A stretch of DNA of 64,000 nt, from IMG/VR virus record IMGVR_UViG_3300024520_000069, positions 930 through 64,929 of that record, one strand, 5' to 3'. Source of the DNA: a virus (taxonomy: Duplodnaviria; Caudoviricetes). The notes beneath the pieces were generated by a model that saw nothing but the letters and a program-made list of their open reading frames with translations, had not been told where the DNA came from and did no database searches. This document shows, piece by piece, positions 40,543 through 49,224 of the stretch; positions within the stretch are counted from its first letter, which is position 1, and each line of letters starts with the position of its first letter. A program made the translations under genes and the position numbers.

Positions 40543-40806
40543 CTAACCAAACACCCAACATCTATAGTTTACACTGTTACCAATAAACTTCAAAACCTTA
40601 GTTCTAAATCTATCAACAGTCATAGTCTCAGAAGCCTTGAGTGTCATAGTGGCAACATTGTTTCTTTTAAGATGGACTGTTAAGTCTGATGTGCCGTCAT
40701 TAGTTATAACTAAACGTCTGGAATACCAAGGCAAGTCAATAAAGACTGAAGAAGGTATAGCAACTCCTTCAATGCTGTGGATGTTAGAATATATTAAAGC
40801 GTCCAT
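40543..40806 (-). CDS. Hypothetical protein
   Basis: ORF, packing. Confidence 0.6.
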   Translation of the reverse strand: MDALIYSNIHSIEGVAIPSSVFIDLPWYSRRLVITNDGTSDLTVHLKRNNVATMTLKASETMTVDRFRTKVLKFIGNSVNYRCWVFG

Positions 40807-40929
40807 ACCCTACCCCACCATACCTTAAGTTTCTTCCATGTAGATAAAGGCGGACGATGGAGTTGGAAAGCCCCATCGCCAATCACCGGATCACTTAGTT
40901 TACGTATGATCATTATTCGTCAAGACTCT

Positions 40930-41550
40930 TTAGCTACGACGAGCCTTGCCCCAGCCTTTGATTTGCCCACCATTGGCACGTTTGACAGGCTTCTTCTTAG
41001 GCTTGCCTACATTGGCTTTGGCCTTACTGAAATCAGGGGACTCAGTATAATCCTCCTTCATATCTTTGGAGAGCTTACCACCACTGGCACGTTTGACTTT
41101 CTTCAACTCTTCACGCATAGCCTTGGCAGAAGCATTACCAGCAGCCTTAGCCTGTGCATCTGTCGGACCACGTTTCTGAATAGCTTCACGGGTCTTACGC
41201 TGTTTTGCAACCAAGGCAAGACGCTCCTTGTTACGGTCAGCATATGAACGCTTCTTAGTGGTAGGCTTCTTCATACCAGCTTCAGTGGCCTTCTTATGTC
41301 GAGCCAAGTCCTTGCCATAAGCTGCCTTAGCTTTAGAACCTCCACCAAGATTAATAGACGCACCAGCCTTAATCTTATTCTTATCTTTAATGGAAGGGTT
41401 AGCCTTCATGAGGGCAGCTACAGTGGTGCCGTGCTGTTTAGCAATCTTTGAAAGACTATCACCTGACTTGATCTTATACTTAGCTTTAGATTTTTCTTTA
41501 GCTTTATTATTAGCCCTAAGTGCTGCCAGTTTTTCTGTGTAACTACTCAT
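40930..41550 (-). CDS. Basic LysM-domain protein
   Basis: [44 protein letters not shown]. Confidence 0.9.
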   Translation of the reverse strand: MSSYTEKLAALRANNKAKEKSKAKYKIKSGDSLSKIAKQHGTTVAALMKANPSIKDKNKIKAGASINLGGGSKAKAAYGKDLARHKKATEAGMKKPTTKKRSYADRNKERLALVAKQRKTREAIQKRGPTDAQAKAAGNASAKAMREELKKVKRASGGKLSKDMKEDYTESPDFSKAKANVGKPKKKPVKRANGGQIKGWGKARRS

Positions 41551-41552
41551 AA

Positions 41553-42206
41553 TTAATTAGCTCCCATCAAAGTGTTGTCGCCACCCGAAGGATTGGCTGG
41601 TTTCTGTAGGTCATCCCTACGGGTACGTCTTGCCTGATTGCGAAGGGCTTCGATGGCACCTTTGTACCGCTCTTCAAATACGTTCAAGACTGTGAAGTTC
41701 TTGGTAAACATCATAGCTTCTACCATACACGCATAGAACAGGGCATCATAGCAGAAGTCTGTGAAGTAGTTGGTGTCTGTTGCTGTGGTCAAGGATGTGG
41801 GCCTTGCAATGTAGGCAATCTCACCATCCACTGTACTGGCAGGGGTAGGGGCAACCCTCACCGTAGTACCGTTCAGTTTAGCGTAGTAGGTTGGGTTACC
41901 TGTACTAGCACTCACTGGCCAGTAATCATTGAGGAACTCATCAGTTCTGAGGAGGAGGTTAATCTTACTCCCACCAATCACAGCATTCAGGTTCTTCACA
42001 ATACGTGTCCCAGTAGGGAGGGTGACTTCATTATTCCCACCAGTGATGGCTATAGAGGTGTGGGTGACCAAGCCATAGTCATCAAGGTCACGGGTCATCC
42101 TCTCTTCAGCCCTATTGATCATCTTAGGGGTGTAGTCAAGGAACTCCGTAGAGTCATTCTCACACGCCTCAATGAGATCATTCTGTAGGTACAGGTAATC
42201 TGGCAT
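41553..42206 (-). CDS. Head-tail adaptor-like protein
   Basis: AEERM, GNPTYYA, VAPTP, ALFYAC; synteny. Confidence 0.7.
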   Translation of the reverse strand: MPDYLYLQNDLIEACENDSTEFLDYTPKMINRAEERMTRDLDDYGLVTHTSIAITGGNNEVTLPTGTRIVKNLNAVIGGSKINLLLRTDEFLNDYWPVSASTGNPTYYAKLNGTTVRVAPTPASTVDGEIAYIARPTSLTTATDTNYFTDFCYDALFYACMVEAMMFTKNFTVLNVFEERYKGAIEALRNQARRTRRDDLQKPANPSGGDNTLMGAN

Positions 42207-42212
42207 GTCTGA

Positions 42213-42518
42213 TTAGCCGTAGAACACTGTAATGGTTGCGGCAGATGTTGGAGCGGTCACAGACACAAGCCCATCAACACGAATACCTACATCAGGGAGA
42301 TGGATATGGGTGAGGTCATTAGTAGTGGTGAGATTAAACTTGATGATATTACCTGCCGTACTATTAAATGGCGTAGTTGAAGTACCATCCAAGACATAAG
42401 TACCTACCCCTGTTGCATGAATGGCACGGATACGTGTGTCTTGTACAGTAGCTGAGGTTGTGATATCGACTAGGACACCACTACCAACCAGATGTGCGCT
42501 TCTTATATTCGTAGCCAT
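42213..42518 (-). CDS. Small virion (decoration-like) protein
   Basis: Ends ITVFYG; follows capsid gene. Confidence 0.65.
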   Translation of the reverse strand: MATNIRSAHLVGSGVLVDITTSATVQDTRIRAIHATGVGTYVLDGTSTTPFNSTAGNIIKFNLTTTNDLTHIHLPDVGIRVDGLVSVTAPTSAATITVFYG

Positions 42519-42563
42519 ATAACTATACCCCTATATACAATTTACGTGTTGAAACTAAATAGG

Positions 42564-42593
42564 ATTATAACGTGTGATGTGACATATATGCAA
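42564..42593 (-). promoter_or_regulatory. sigma70-like promoter
   Basis: TTGCAT-18nt-TATAAT on minus strand. Confidence 0.55.
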
Positions 42594-42626
42594 ATAAAAA
42601 GGGGAAGCCCGATTGGACCTCCCCTT
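42592..42626 (-). terminator. Intrinsic terminator after major capsid gene
   Basis: AAGGGGAGG..CTTCCCCTT followed by T-tract. Confidence 0.8.
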
Positions 42627-42656
42627 AGTTTATTTAGTTGTTAAGTACTGTTAGGA

Positions 42657-43568
42657 TCAGCTAGAGCCAGCAGCACCAAACATACCACGCCAGTCAGACC
42701 AGCCAAAGCCATAACGCTCACGACACTTGTAACGCAGGTTACCAGTATCGAAGTCAGGCTCCATCTTAGTCTGGAGGGCTACACGGGTGAACATCTTGGT
42801 ACCATTAGGAACGTCAGTCTTAATGAACCAAGCATTCGTATCAGTGAAACGACGGTTGACATGATAGCCACCCGGAATAACTCCCTGATTACGAACACTA
42901 TTGATGTCGTTGGTCGCAACCCCAGTAGCACCCGGAGTGTTGAGGACAACGTCAGCAGTGAAGACCAAGTCAGACGGGATATGCAGGGACTGTGCGCCAG
43001 CCCCAATAAGGATACCACGATCATCTTTGATCTTTGAGATAGCAATACATGCAGTCTCAATAGCAGACTCAGCCAGATCAGTCGCACCAATGTAGTTGGA
43101 CTGATTACCGTCACCAACAGTGGGATGTGCGGCAGAGAACAGTTCTACACCATCACCGCCCGTATAGGCACTGTTGAAGCCGTTGTTAAAGGTGTCAGCA
43201 CCCTTAACCTGCTTAGTGTTAGCCATTGCACGGGCCAGAGCTTTAGCACGAAGCTTAGCAAAGGAGTCGTACAGATTATCTTCCATAGCCTCTTCAGTGA
43301 TGGCGAATGCAAGGGCAATGGTCTCGTTAGTGTAACGAGAGACATAGCCTTCAGCAGCTTCATCATACTGAACAGCGGCACCCTCACCCTTAGTAGGGGC
43401 GGTACCGAATCCGGTGAACAGGACTTCCTCTTCGAATGCACGATCCGAAGACTCCATCTCGTAGAGTACTTTGTGTTCATCATCAACACTACCATACTCC
43501 ATACCGAAAACTTCATTGAGGCCCGGAAGGAGTTGTTTAGAAATACTTGCGCGATTAATAGCAGCCAT
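42657..43568 (-). CDS. Major capsid protein
   Basis: LLPGLNEVFGMEY, SDRAFEEE, DFDTGNLRYKCRERYGFGWSDWR; optimised codons; terminator downstream. Confidence 0.92.
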   Translation of the reverse strand: MAAINRASISKQLLPGLNEVFGMEYGSVDDEHKVLYEMESSDRAFEEEVLFTGFGTAPTKGEGAAVQYDEAAEGYVSRYTNETIALAFAITEEAMEDNLYDSFAKLRAKALARAMANTKQVKGADTFNNGFNSAYTGGDGVELFSAAHPTVGDGNQSNYIGATDLAESAIETACIAISKIKDDRGILIGAGAQSLHIPSDLVFTADVVLNTPGATGVATNDINSVRNQGVIPGGYHVNRRFTDTNAWFIKTDVPNGTKMFTRVALQTKMEPDFDTGNLRYKCRERYGFGWSDWRGMFGAAGSS

Positions 43569-43587
43569 TTTTTAATGCTCCTTCAGG

Positions 43588-44145
43588 TTAAGCAGAGACA
43601 AACGTGTCAACATGCTGGATCAAACGAACTTCAACTTTAGGATAAGCAGAAGTGATGGAATTACCGGGTTCGTCAACAAGACCAACAACGCGAGCGGCCA
43701 AGAGGCCAGTGCCGCGAGTACTTGCATCAATACCGAAACCGGAACGCTTGGTTACCGTCGAACCTGCGCCGAGGGTTACACCAAAGTTCAACATACCAAT
43801 GTCACCAGCGGTAACAGAAGCATCAGCCTGAATAGTGTAAAGCTGGTGCTGATCATCAATGACGTTAGCCACGATGTCGGATGCTGAAGTGCTGGCTGGC
43901 CAATAGGCAGAGAACTTAGGCTCGCCGTCCTGTGTATAAGAGCAACCAGTGAAGACGCCAAGGAGCTTATCCGTGTCCCCAGTCATTACGTTCACCTTAC
44001 CTGCAACAAGGGTCACTGCATCGCCAGAAAAGATATTGGCGTTGTAGGCACTTGCAATTTCGTATACGTTAGAGCCAGTGCTGTTAGCATTGCCCCCACG
44101 TTTGCGGGAAGGGCGAAAGCCGTCGAGTGCTTTAGTAGCAGACAT
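43588..44145 (-). CDS. Capsid decoration/minor capsid protein
   Basis: GFRP, IFSGD, GVFTGC; directly upstream of MCP. Confidence 0.7.
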   Translation of the reverse strand: MSATKALDGFRPSRKRGGNANSTGSNVYEIASAYNANIFSGDAVTLVAGKVNVMTGDTDKLLGVFTGCSYTQDGEPKFSAYWPASTSASDIVANVIDDQHQLYTIQADASVTAGDIGMLNFGVTLGAGSTVTKRSGFGIDASTRGTGLLAARVVGLVDEPGNSITSAYPKVEVRLIQHVDTFVSA

Positions 44146-44185
44146 ATTTACTTTCCTCCAAGATTAATGTGACATGTGAAAAGTC

Positions 44186-44674
44186 CTAGTCAAATACAGG
44201 GGTTCTACCCCTAGTGACATTAGACTTGCTTGTGTTCCTAATCGGCATCTTAGAGTCTGAGGCGTTTTCAAGCTGCATATTAACAGCATCCATCATCTCA
44301 GCACTACGAGCTTCATAGAACTCTTTGCGAGCTACAGCTTTACCAACTGGCATCTTTGCCAAAGCAAGGTCTCCACGACAGACCGCTCCGCTGTAACGTC
44401 CTTCTTCCCTCACGAAGGAAGACATTGCCATCTCTGGCACTTCTTCGAACTGCACGAACTCCCAACCTTCTTGGACTCGTTTACCAATATTGGTATAATC
44501 ATCAGCACCCTTTAGGAGGACTCTGATCCAGCGTAGGGCCAAGCCCTGCGAACTAAACCTATCCCTGACTTCATCAGGAATATCAAGCATGTTAGGTTCT
44601 TCGTAGTTATAGGTAACTGCCTCAGTAGTTAAGGCTGCTCGTTCTTCAGTCATTCGTGAACTAGTACGTGTCAT
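44186..44674 (-). CDS. Conserved head-module protein
   Basis: LRWIR..EGWEFV..GDLALAKMP. Confidence 0.7.
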   Translation of the reverse strand: MTRTSSRMTEERAALTTEAVTYNYEEPNMLDIPDEVRDRFSSQGLALRWIRVLLKGADDYTNIGKRVQEGWEFVQFEEVPEMAMSSFVREEGRYSGAVCRGDLALAKMPVGKAVARKEFYEARSAEMMDAVNMQLENASDSKMPIRNTSKSNVTRGRTPVFD

Positions 44675-44695
44675 AATTAATCTTTACCCTCCACG

Positions 44696-45691
44696 TTATA
44701 CATTGATTGTAGTATATTCATCACCAGCCGACTCAGCTTGCATTTTCCGAGCAGCCATTCGTTCCAGTGGAATATTCCATTTATTGGCAAGCTCTACATC
44801 CTCTTGTGTGAGTTTGATTTTCTTACCTTTATTTGGTGCTGAGGTACGTGATGTCCCAGCAACTACTTGTCCTGACTTAGGCTTTGGAGCTTCTTCGTCA
44901 GCTTTAAATTTATTGGGAAGTGCTTGACGCAAACGAGAGTCAACTTCCTGATAAAACTCATCATCAGACGGATCGAACCCTTCTTCTTTAAGCTGGGCAT
45001 CCACTGCAAGTGCAGCAGCCGTCATGATATTATCTTTGCCAAACCACTCATTCTCTGAAACCCACTCAGCAGCTTTAGGATCATAGTCCGCAGCGTTAAT
45101 CTGCTGTTGCTGTACTTGAGTTTCTTTAGGGGCAGCTTTAACTGTAGTGGCAACATCCTCATAATCTTTGTAGGCTTCTTTGCCCTGATTGATGAGGCTC
45201 AACTCCTGCTGGGTCTTGTTCATCACCTCTTGGGCATTAACCATCCCAGTTGAATCATCTTCTTCAATGGCTTTAACATAAGCCTTCTTAACGATGTCCA
45301 ACTTCTCAGTGAGTTGTTTCTCAGATAGGTCTAGGTTGTCCTTCTGAGCTTTAGCAAACGTATGTTCCTTTTCCTTGAGGTTGCCCTCTAGTTCTTGGAT
45401 ACGTGCTTCCTGAGACTTGATCTGATCTTCACGATCTTTCCGCTGTTTGATTAGTTGGCGGATACGCTTTTGTGCGCCCTTAGTCTCAATCCCCTCAAGC
45501 TCTTTAGGAGCCTCTTCTTCTTTTGGTTCAACTTCCTTAGCTTCAGGTTTGGCTTCTTCTTCTTCACCCTCAACTTCGAAAGCTACTTTGGTTTCTTCTT
45601 TTTCTTTGGGGGAGTTAATTTCTGACCAGTTATCCTCCTTATCATGAGTTTCATCAGGGTCCACTTCGAACTCTACTTTGTCTTCATTCAT
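44696..45691 (-). CDS. Capsid scaffolding protein
   Basis: Acidic coiled coil, QKRIRQL, WVSENEWFG; position. Confidence 0.8.
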   Translation of the reverse strand: MNEDKVEFEVDPDETHDKEDNWSEINSPKEKEETKVAFEVEGEEEEAKPEAKEVEPKEEEAPKELEGIETKGAQKRIRQLIKQRKDREDQIKSQEARIQELEGNLKEKEHTFAKAQKDNLDLSEKQLTEKLDIVKKAYVKAIEEDDSTGMVNAQEVMNKTQQELSLINQGKEAYKDYEDVATTVKAAPKETQVQQQQINAADYDPKAAEWVSENEWFGKDNIMTAAALAVDAQLKEEGFDPSDDEFYQEVDSRLRQALPNKFKADEEAPKPKSGQVVAGTSRTSAPNKGKKIKLTQEDVELANKWNIPLERMAARKMQAESAGDEYTTINV

Positions 45692-45783
45692 AATTCATAG
45701 TTCCTTCATACGTCCCATACGAATAGGGATCGAATACGTTTATAGGTTAATATATAACATACACTTATACATGCATGCAAATA

Positions 45784-46194
45784 TTAATTGCTTAGGTTAT
45801 AGGTTGGGTCTAGTTCTGTGGGGTCTCCAACGATCATCGTTACCTGATCATCATAGAGGAGGAGCATCTTAACCCCTTTATAGATCATCTTAACCCCTGC
45901 ATGCTTTGCGTAGGTTACGTGATCTCCCACACCACACCATGCACCATTGGGGAATTTATCCTTGTCATGATAGGCAACTTCACCCATCTTCAGGACTTTA
46001 CCAACAGTGGTGAGGTAGGCGATATCATCCTTGGTACTGTCAGGGATGATGATCCCACCCTTAGTCTTAGCCTTCACTGAGATTGGACGTACCAATACAT
46101 GGTAGCCTTTAAGGATGGGGAGTACTTCAGGATCAAGGATGTCTTCATCATCAATCCATTCATCGTTCTTACTTGCGATATTGCCGATTTGCAT
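45784..46194 (-). CDS. groES: GroES-like co-chaperonin
   Basis: VLVRP..KTKGGIIIPD..GKVLKMG..VGDHVTY. Confidence 0.9.
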   Translation of the reverse strand: MQIGNIASKNDEWIDDEDILDPEVLPILKGYHVLVRPISVKAKTKGGIIIPDSTKDDIAYLTTVGKVLKMGEVAYHDKDKFPNGAWCGVGDHVTYAKHAGVKMIYKGVKMLLLYDDQVTMIVGDPTELDPTYNLSN

Positions 46195-46201
46195 TACTCT
46201 A

Positions 46202-46390
46202 TTAGTCCTCTTCCAGTCTGGATTTAATGATATGTTTAATAGTCTGGTCAGCCCTATTCAGACCGCTAATAGTTCCGACCAGTAGTTGATAGTTAGGGTA
46301 ATCCACAGCAGCACCTGACGCAAGGACTTCTTTCACGTCAGCTATTTCTGCTTGGATTTTGTTGTGGATTTCTGTGTAGATGGTTGCCAT
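46202..46390 (-). CDS. Small conserved protein
   Basis: DYPNYQLLVGTISGL motif. Confidence 0.7.
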   Translation of the reverse strand: MATIYTEIHNKIQAEIADVKEVLASGAAVDYPNYQLLVGTISGLNRADQTIKHIIKSRLEED

Positions 46391-46439
46391 GTAATCTTTA
46401 TATCACATGTTAAATTTACATGGTAGGGATATTTATATG

Positions 46440-46516
46440 TGGTCTAGCTGGTAGGAATCGAACCCCCGTCATTTTGCTTATGAGACAAAGCTGGGACCAC
46501 TCCAGTCCATCCCGCA
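46440..46516 (-). pseudogene. Chimeric tRNA: fMet-like 5' part (CAT) with a non-matching 3' end
   Basis: TGCGGGA..TTTGT-CTCATAA-GCAAA..GGGGGTTCGATTCCTAC-CAGCTAG-A-CCA; acceptor strands do not pair. Confidence 0.7.
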
Positions 46517-46529
46517 TTAAAGTAACAAG

Positions 46530-46558
46530 ACTATACCACTACAGTATAGCCTTGTCAA
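46530..46558 (-). promoter_or_regulatory. sigma70 promoter immediately upstream of the chimeric tRNA
   Basis: TTGACA-17nt-TATAGT. Confidence 0.75.
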
Positions 46559-46567
46559 TAGTTTTTA

Positions 46568-46681
46568 TTTACCTGTCTTAGGGTCTTTACGCCCATTCAG
46601 GATATTCTTCCTGATACGGGCTGAGGTGGCAGTGGATTTCAACTTAGTCCAGTCACCTACTTTAGCGCCTTTCTTAGCCAT
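46568..46681 (-). CDS. Small basic protein (MAKKGAKVGDW...)
   Basis: AGGAG RBS at portal end; 37 aa. Confidence 0.55.
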
Positions 46682-46683
46682 AA

Positions 46684-49164
46684 CTATTCTCCTTTCTTTG
46701 ATGCTTTATTCTGTTCAACCATGACCTTACCTATGATGTCGGCAGCTTTAATACGCTTGGTAGTATCGCTTGCCTCTTCCTGTGAGATCAGGTCAGTTAT
46801 AATCTTCACAGCTTCCATGAGCTTCTCATGCTCACGATCCTTCTCTTTCTCTTCAATGTTGGACATGATCTCAGTGCCTTTGCCAGTAGCATCAATCCTG
46901 AGCTTCATCTCCTTCAAGTCAAGGTCACGATCTTTGAGGAGCACATTGGCATTCTCCTTTGCCATCTGTGCATCAATCTTCTTATCTTCAAGCTGGAGTC
47001 GCTGACCTTCCATGGCCACCATCTGCTGTTCAGGTGAGGCAGAGCCTTGGGCAGCTTGTGCGTTGGCTTGGGCAACCTGTTGTGCGGCTTGGGCCTGTGC
47101 CATCTCCATAGCCTGTGGAGAACTATTTGGACCGACCATAGCTTTGGTAGTCCCCATCATCTGCTCCTGATACTTCATCACAGAGTGTTCCTGTATGTTG
47201 GCATTCAGGATAGGCTGTAGGCGCTGCATGATTGGGTTGGCACCATTGATGGGGTCTTGCATGTACGCCATCTTAACTTGGATGTGGGCGTCATGGTCTT
47301 GCCCAGCAAATGCCTTGATGGGGATACCCTTAGCGGCAGCAACGATGTCAGTGACAGGATCAACAGGCTGAGGCTCAGGCTTCTTAGGCATGATCCTCTC
47401 AAGGTTGGGGAGGTTAGCTGCCTGTAAGACAGTCCGATTAAGCTCTTCCATGTTGAACATTCCGGGAGGTGACTTATATGCAACATCCAATGCCATCTGT
47501 GCCATCATCATACGGTGGGCATTGGATGGGATGTTGGGGTCAGTGACAGGGATGATATCAACCCTACCATCGAAGTCCTTCTTATACGCCTTACCAGATT
47601 CATTGGGGAGGTCATATGGGTAGATGGCAGGGCCACTCTCATAGTTGACCCGTGCCAAGATTTGTAGCTCTTCCTTCTGGGACTTGTGGAGCCTCTTATG
47701 GATTGCAGAGAAGAACTTGCCAGAAGCTTCAAGGAGGACCATGGTAGTTCCAACAGGGCCATAGTTGGCACTGTCATTGATTACCTGCTCAGTATTGTCG
47801 GCAAACTTCTGTCCAGTCTCTGTGACGAACTGTAGCATGGAGAACAGGGTTGGTGATGGTTCCTTATATGGCAAGGGTACAATAGCTTTAGTGAGGTCAA
47901 CACCAGTTGCCTCAACCTCCCTGAACTCACCCGGAGATATAGGATCATTGTCACCAACAACACGTACTCCTTTAGCTTTGAATCCGGCAGGGAGTGTTGC
48001 AAATTGGCCAGCATCGAGGAGGGAGCGCATGGCAGCAGTGGCAGACATGGTGAGGTTACCAAGGAAATGGATCAACCCTAAGCCATAGAAACCAAAACCG
48101 GGCACATATTTATAGTGGGTGAAGAACTGCTTAGCTTTACGCATGCTGTCCTTGTCATCATAGTTCCTGCGAATGGAGAGGACTTGATGGGTTCCTTCAA
48201 TCACTGATACGATGTAGGGGAGATATGCGTAGCTACTGTCATCCTTATCAGATTCAATCTCAAGGTATGTGTGCTGTTCAAGGATAACATACTGGGGATC
48301 AAACTCTGAAGATGGGGTGACACCCATGATCACATTCATCTTATCACCCAATGGATTAGACTCTGGCAGGGAAGGTTCCTGTAGGTCTATATCCATGTAG
48401 AGGCCATTGACAATGTCCCTATCCATATCTATTTCAGAGCGGTAGATGACCTGTGTGTAGCGATCAGCCTTTGCCAAGTTGGATGCAAAGTTTGAGACAA
48501 AGAACTGTTCCAATGGGACAAACTCTGAGACAGGGCGTTGGAGGTTACCATCATAGTATGTCTTCTTAAATGCGCTGCCAATGATTGGGAGGTGGAAGAG
48601 CATCCTCTCAGTCTCATCAAAGTACTCAGGCATCTCAGTGGTTAGCTGGTAGTTCAGGACATTGCGGACACGGTTGGCCTGATCCATCTTCTCAGGTGTT
48701 TGCTCGCCAAGTATCTGGGTCTTCACAGGCCCACCAGCAGGGAGTAACTCAGCAGATGCCTTACTCTGGAATGTGACAGCAGCTTCAATGATTAGGGGAT
48801 GTACAGCAGTGGTAGCACCTTCAAAGGGTTCACTAGTCTCTTCAAGCTTGAGGCCCAACAGGTCAAAGCCCCTCTCAAACATACCTTCCCACTCAGCACG
48901 GGATTCCTTGTCAGACTCATAGGAGTCAACAACCTGCATGCCAATCTCTCTAAGGACTTCTTCATCCATATCTGTGGCAAGGTTTGAGTAGAACTCCTTG
49001 TCAGAACTGAACGGGTCTTCTGAAGCTTCACCACCTTCGGGGCCAAACTCTACAGTGACGCTACCATCTTCAGGATCATACTCCATCTCATGGGTGAGTC
49101 CTTCAGGTACTGCATCAATGCTGGGTGTGGTGGATTCGAAGGGATTCCTATCTACTAGTGACAT
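46684..49164 (-). CDS. Portal protein
   Basis: 826 aa, EPFEGA..VHPL, GSAFKK, PGFGFYGLG, PVGTT; follows TerL. Confidence 0.9.
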   Translation of the reverse strand: MSLVDRNPFESTTPSIDAVPEGLTHEMEYDPEDGSVTVEFGPEGGEASEDPFSSDKEFYSNLATDMDEEVLREIGMQVVDSYESDKESRAEWEGMFERGFDLLGLKLEETSEPFEGATTAVHPLIIEAAVTFQSKASAELLPAGGPVKTQILGEQTPEKMDQANRVRNVLNYQLTTEMPEYFDETERMLFHLPIIGSAFKKTYYDGNLQRPVSEFVPLEQFFVSNFASNLAKADRYTQVIYRSEIDMDRDIVNGLYMDIDLQEPSLPESNPLGDKMNVIMGVTPSSEFDPQYVILEQHTYLEIESDKDDSSYAYLPYIVSVIEGTHQVLSIRRNYDDKDSMRKAKQFFTHYKYVPGFGFYGLGLIHFLGNLTMSATAAMRSLLDAGQFATLPAGFKAKGVRVVGDNDPISPGEFREVEATGVDLTKAIVPLPYKEPSPTLFSMLQFVTETGQKFADNTEQVINDSANYGPVGTTMVLLEASGKFFSAIHKRLHKSQKEELQILARVNYESGPAIYPYDLPNESGKAYKKDFDGRVDIIPVTDPNIPSNAHRMMMAQMALDVAYKSPPGMFNMEELNRTVLQAANLPNLERIMPKKPEPQPVDPVTDIVAAAKGIPIKAFAGQDHDAHIQVKMAYMQDPINGANPIMQRLQPILNANIQEHSVMKYQEQMMGTTKAMVGPNSSPQAMEMAQAQAAQQVAQANAQAAQGSASPEQQMVAMEGQRLQLEDKKIDAQMAKENANVLLKDRDLDLKEMKLRIDATGKGTEIMSNIEEKEKDREHEKLMEAVKIITDLISQEEASDTTKRIKAADIIGKVMVEQNKASKKGE

Positions 49165-49224
49165 ATGTCCTATATCCTATAAGGGTGGTTTATGTGATGT
49201 AAGGCATAGTATATCGTAACATCT

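Noticed and set aside
40845-40890. Fluoride riboswitch (GGCGATGG start)
   Set aside because: Lacks the TTCGCC pairing and the downstream conserved segment
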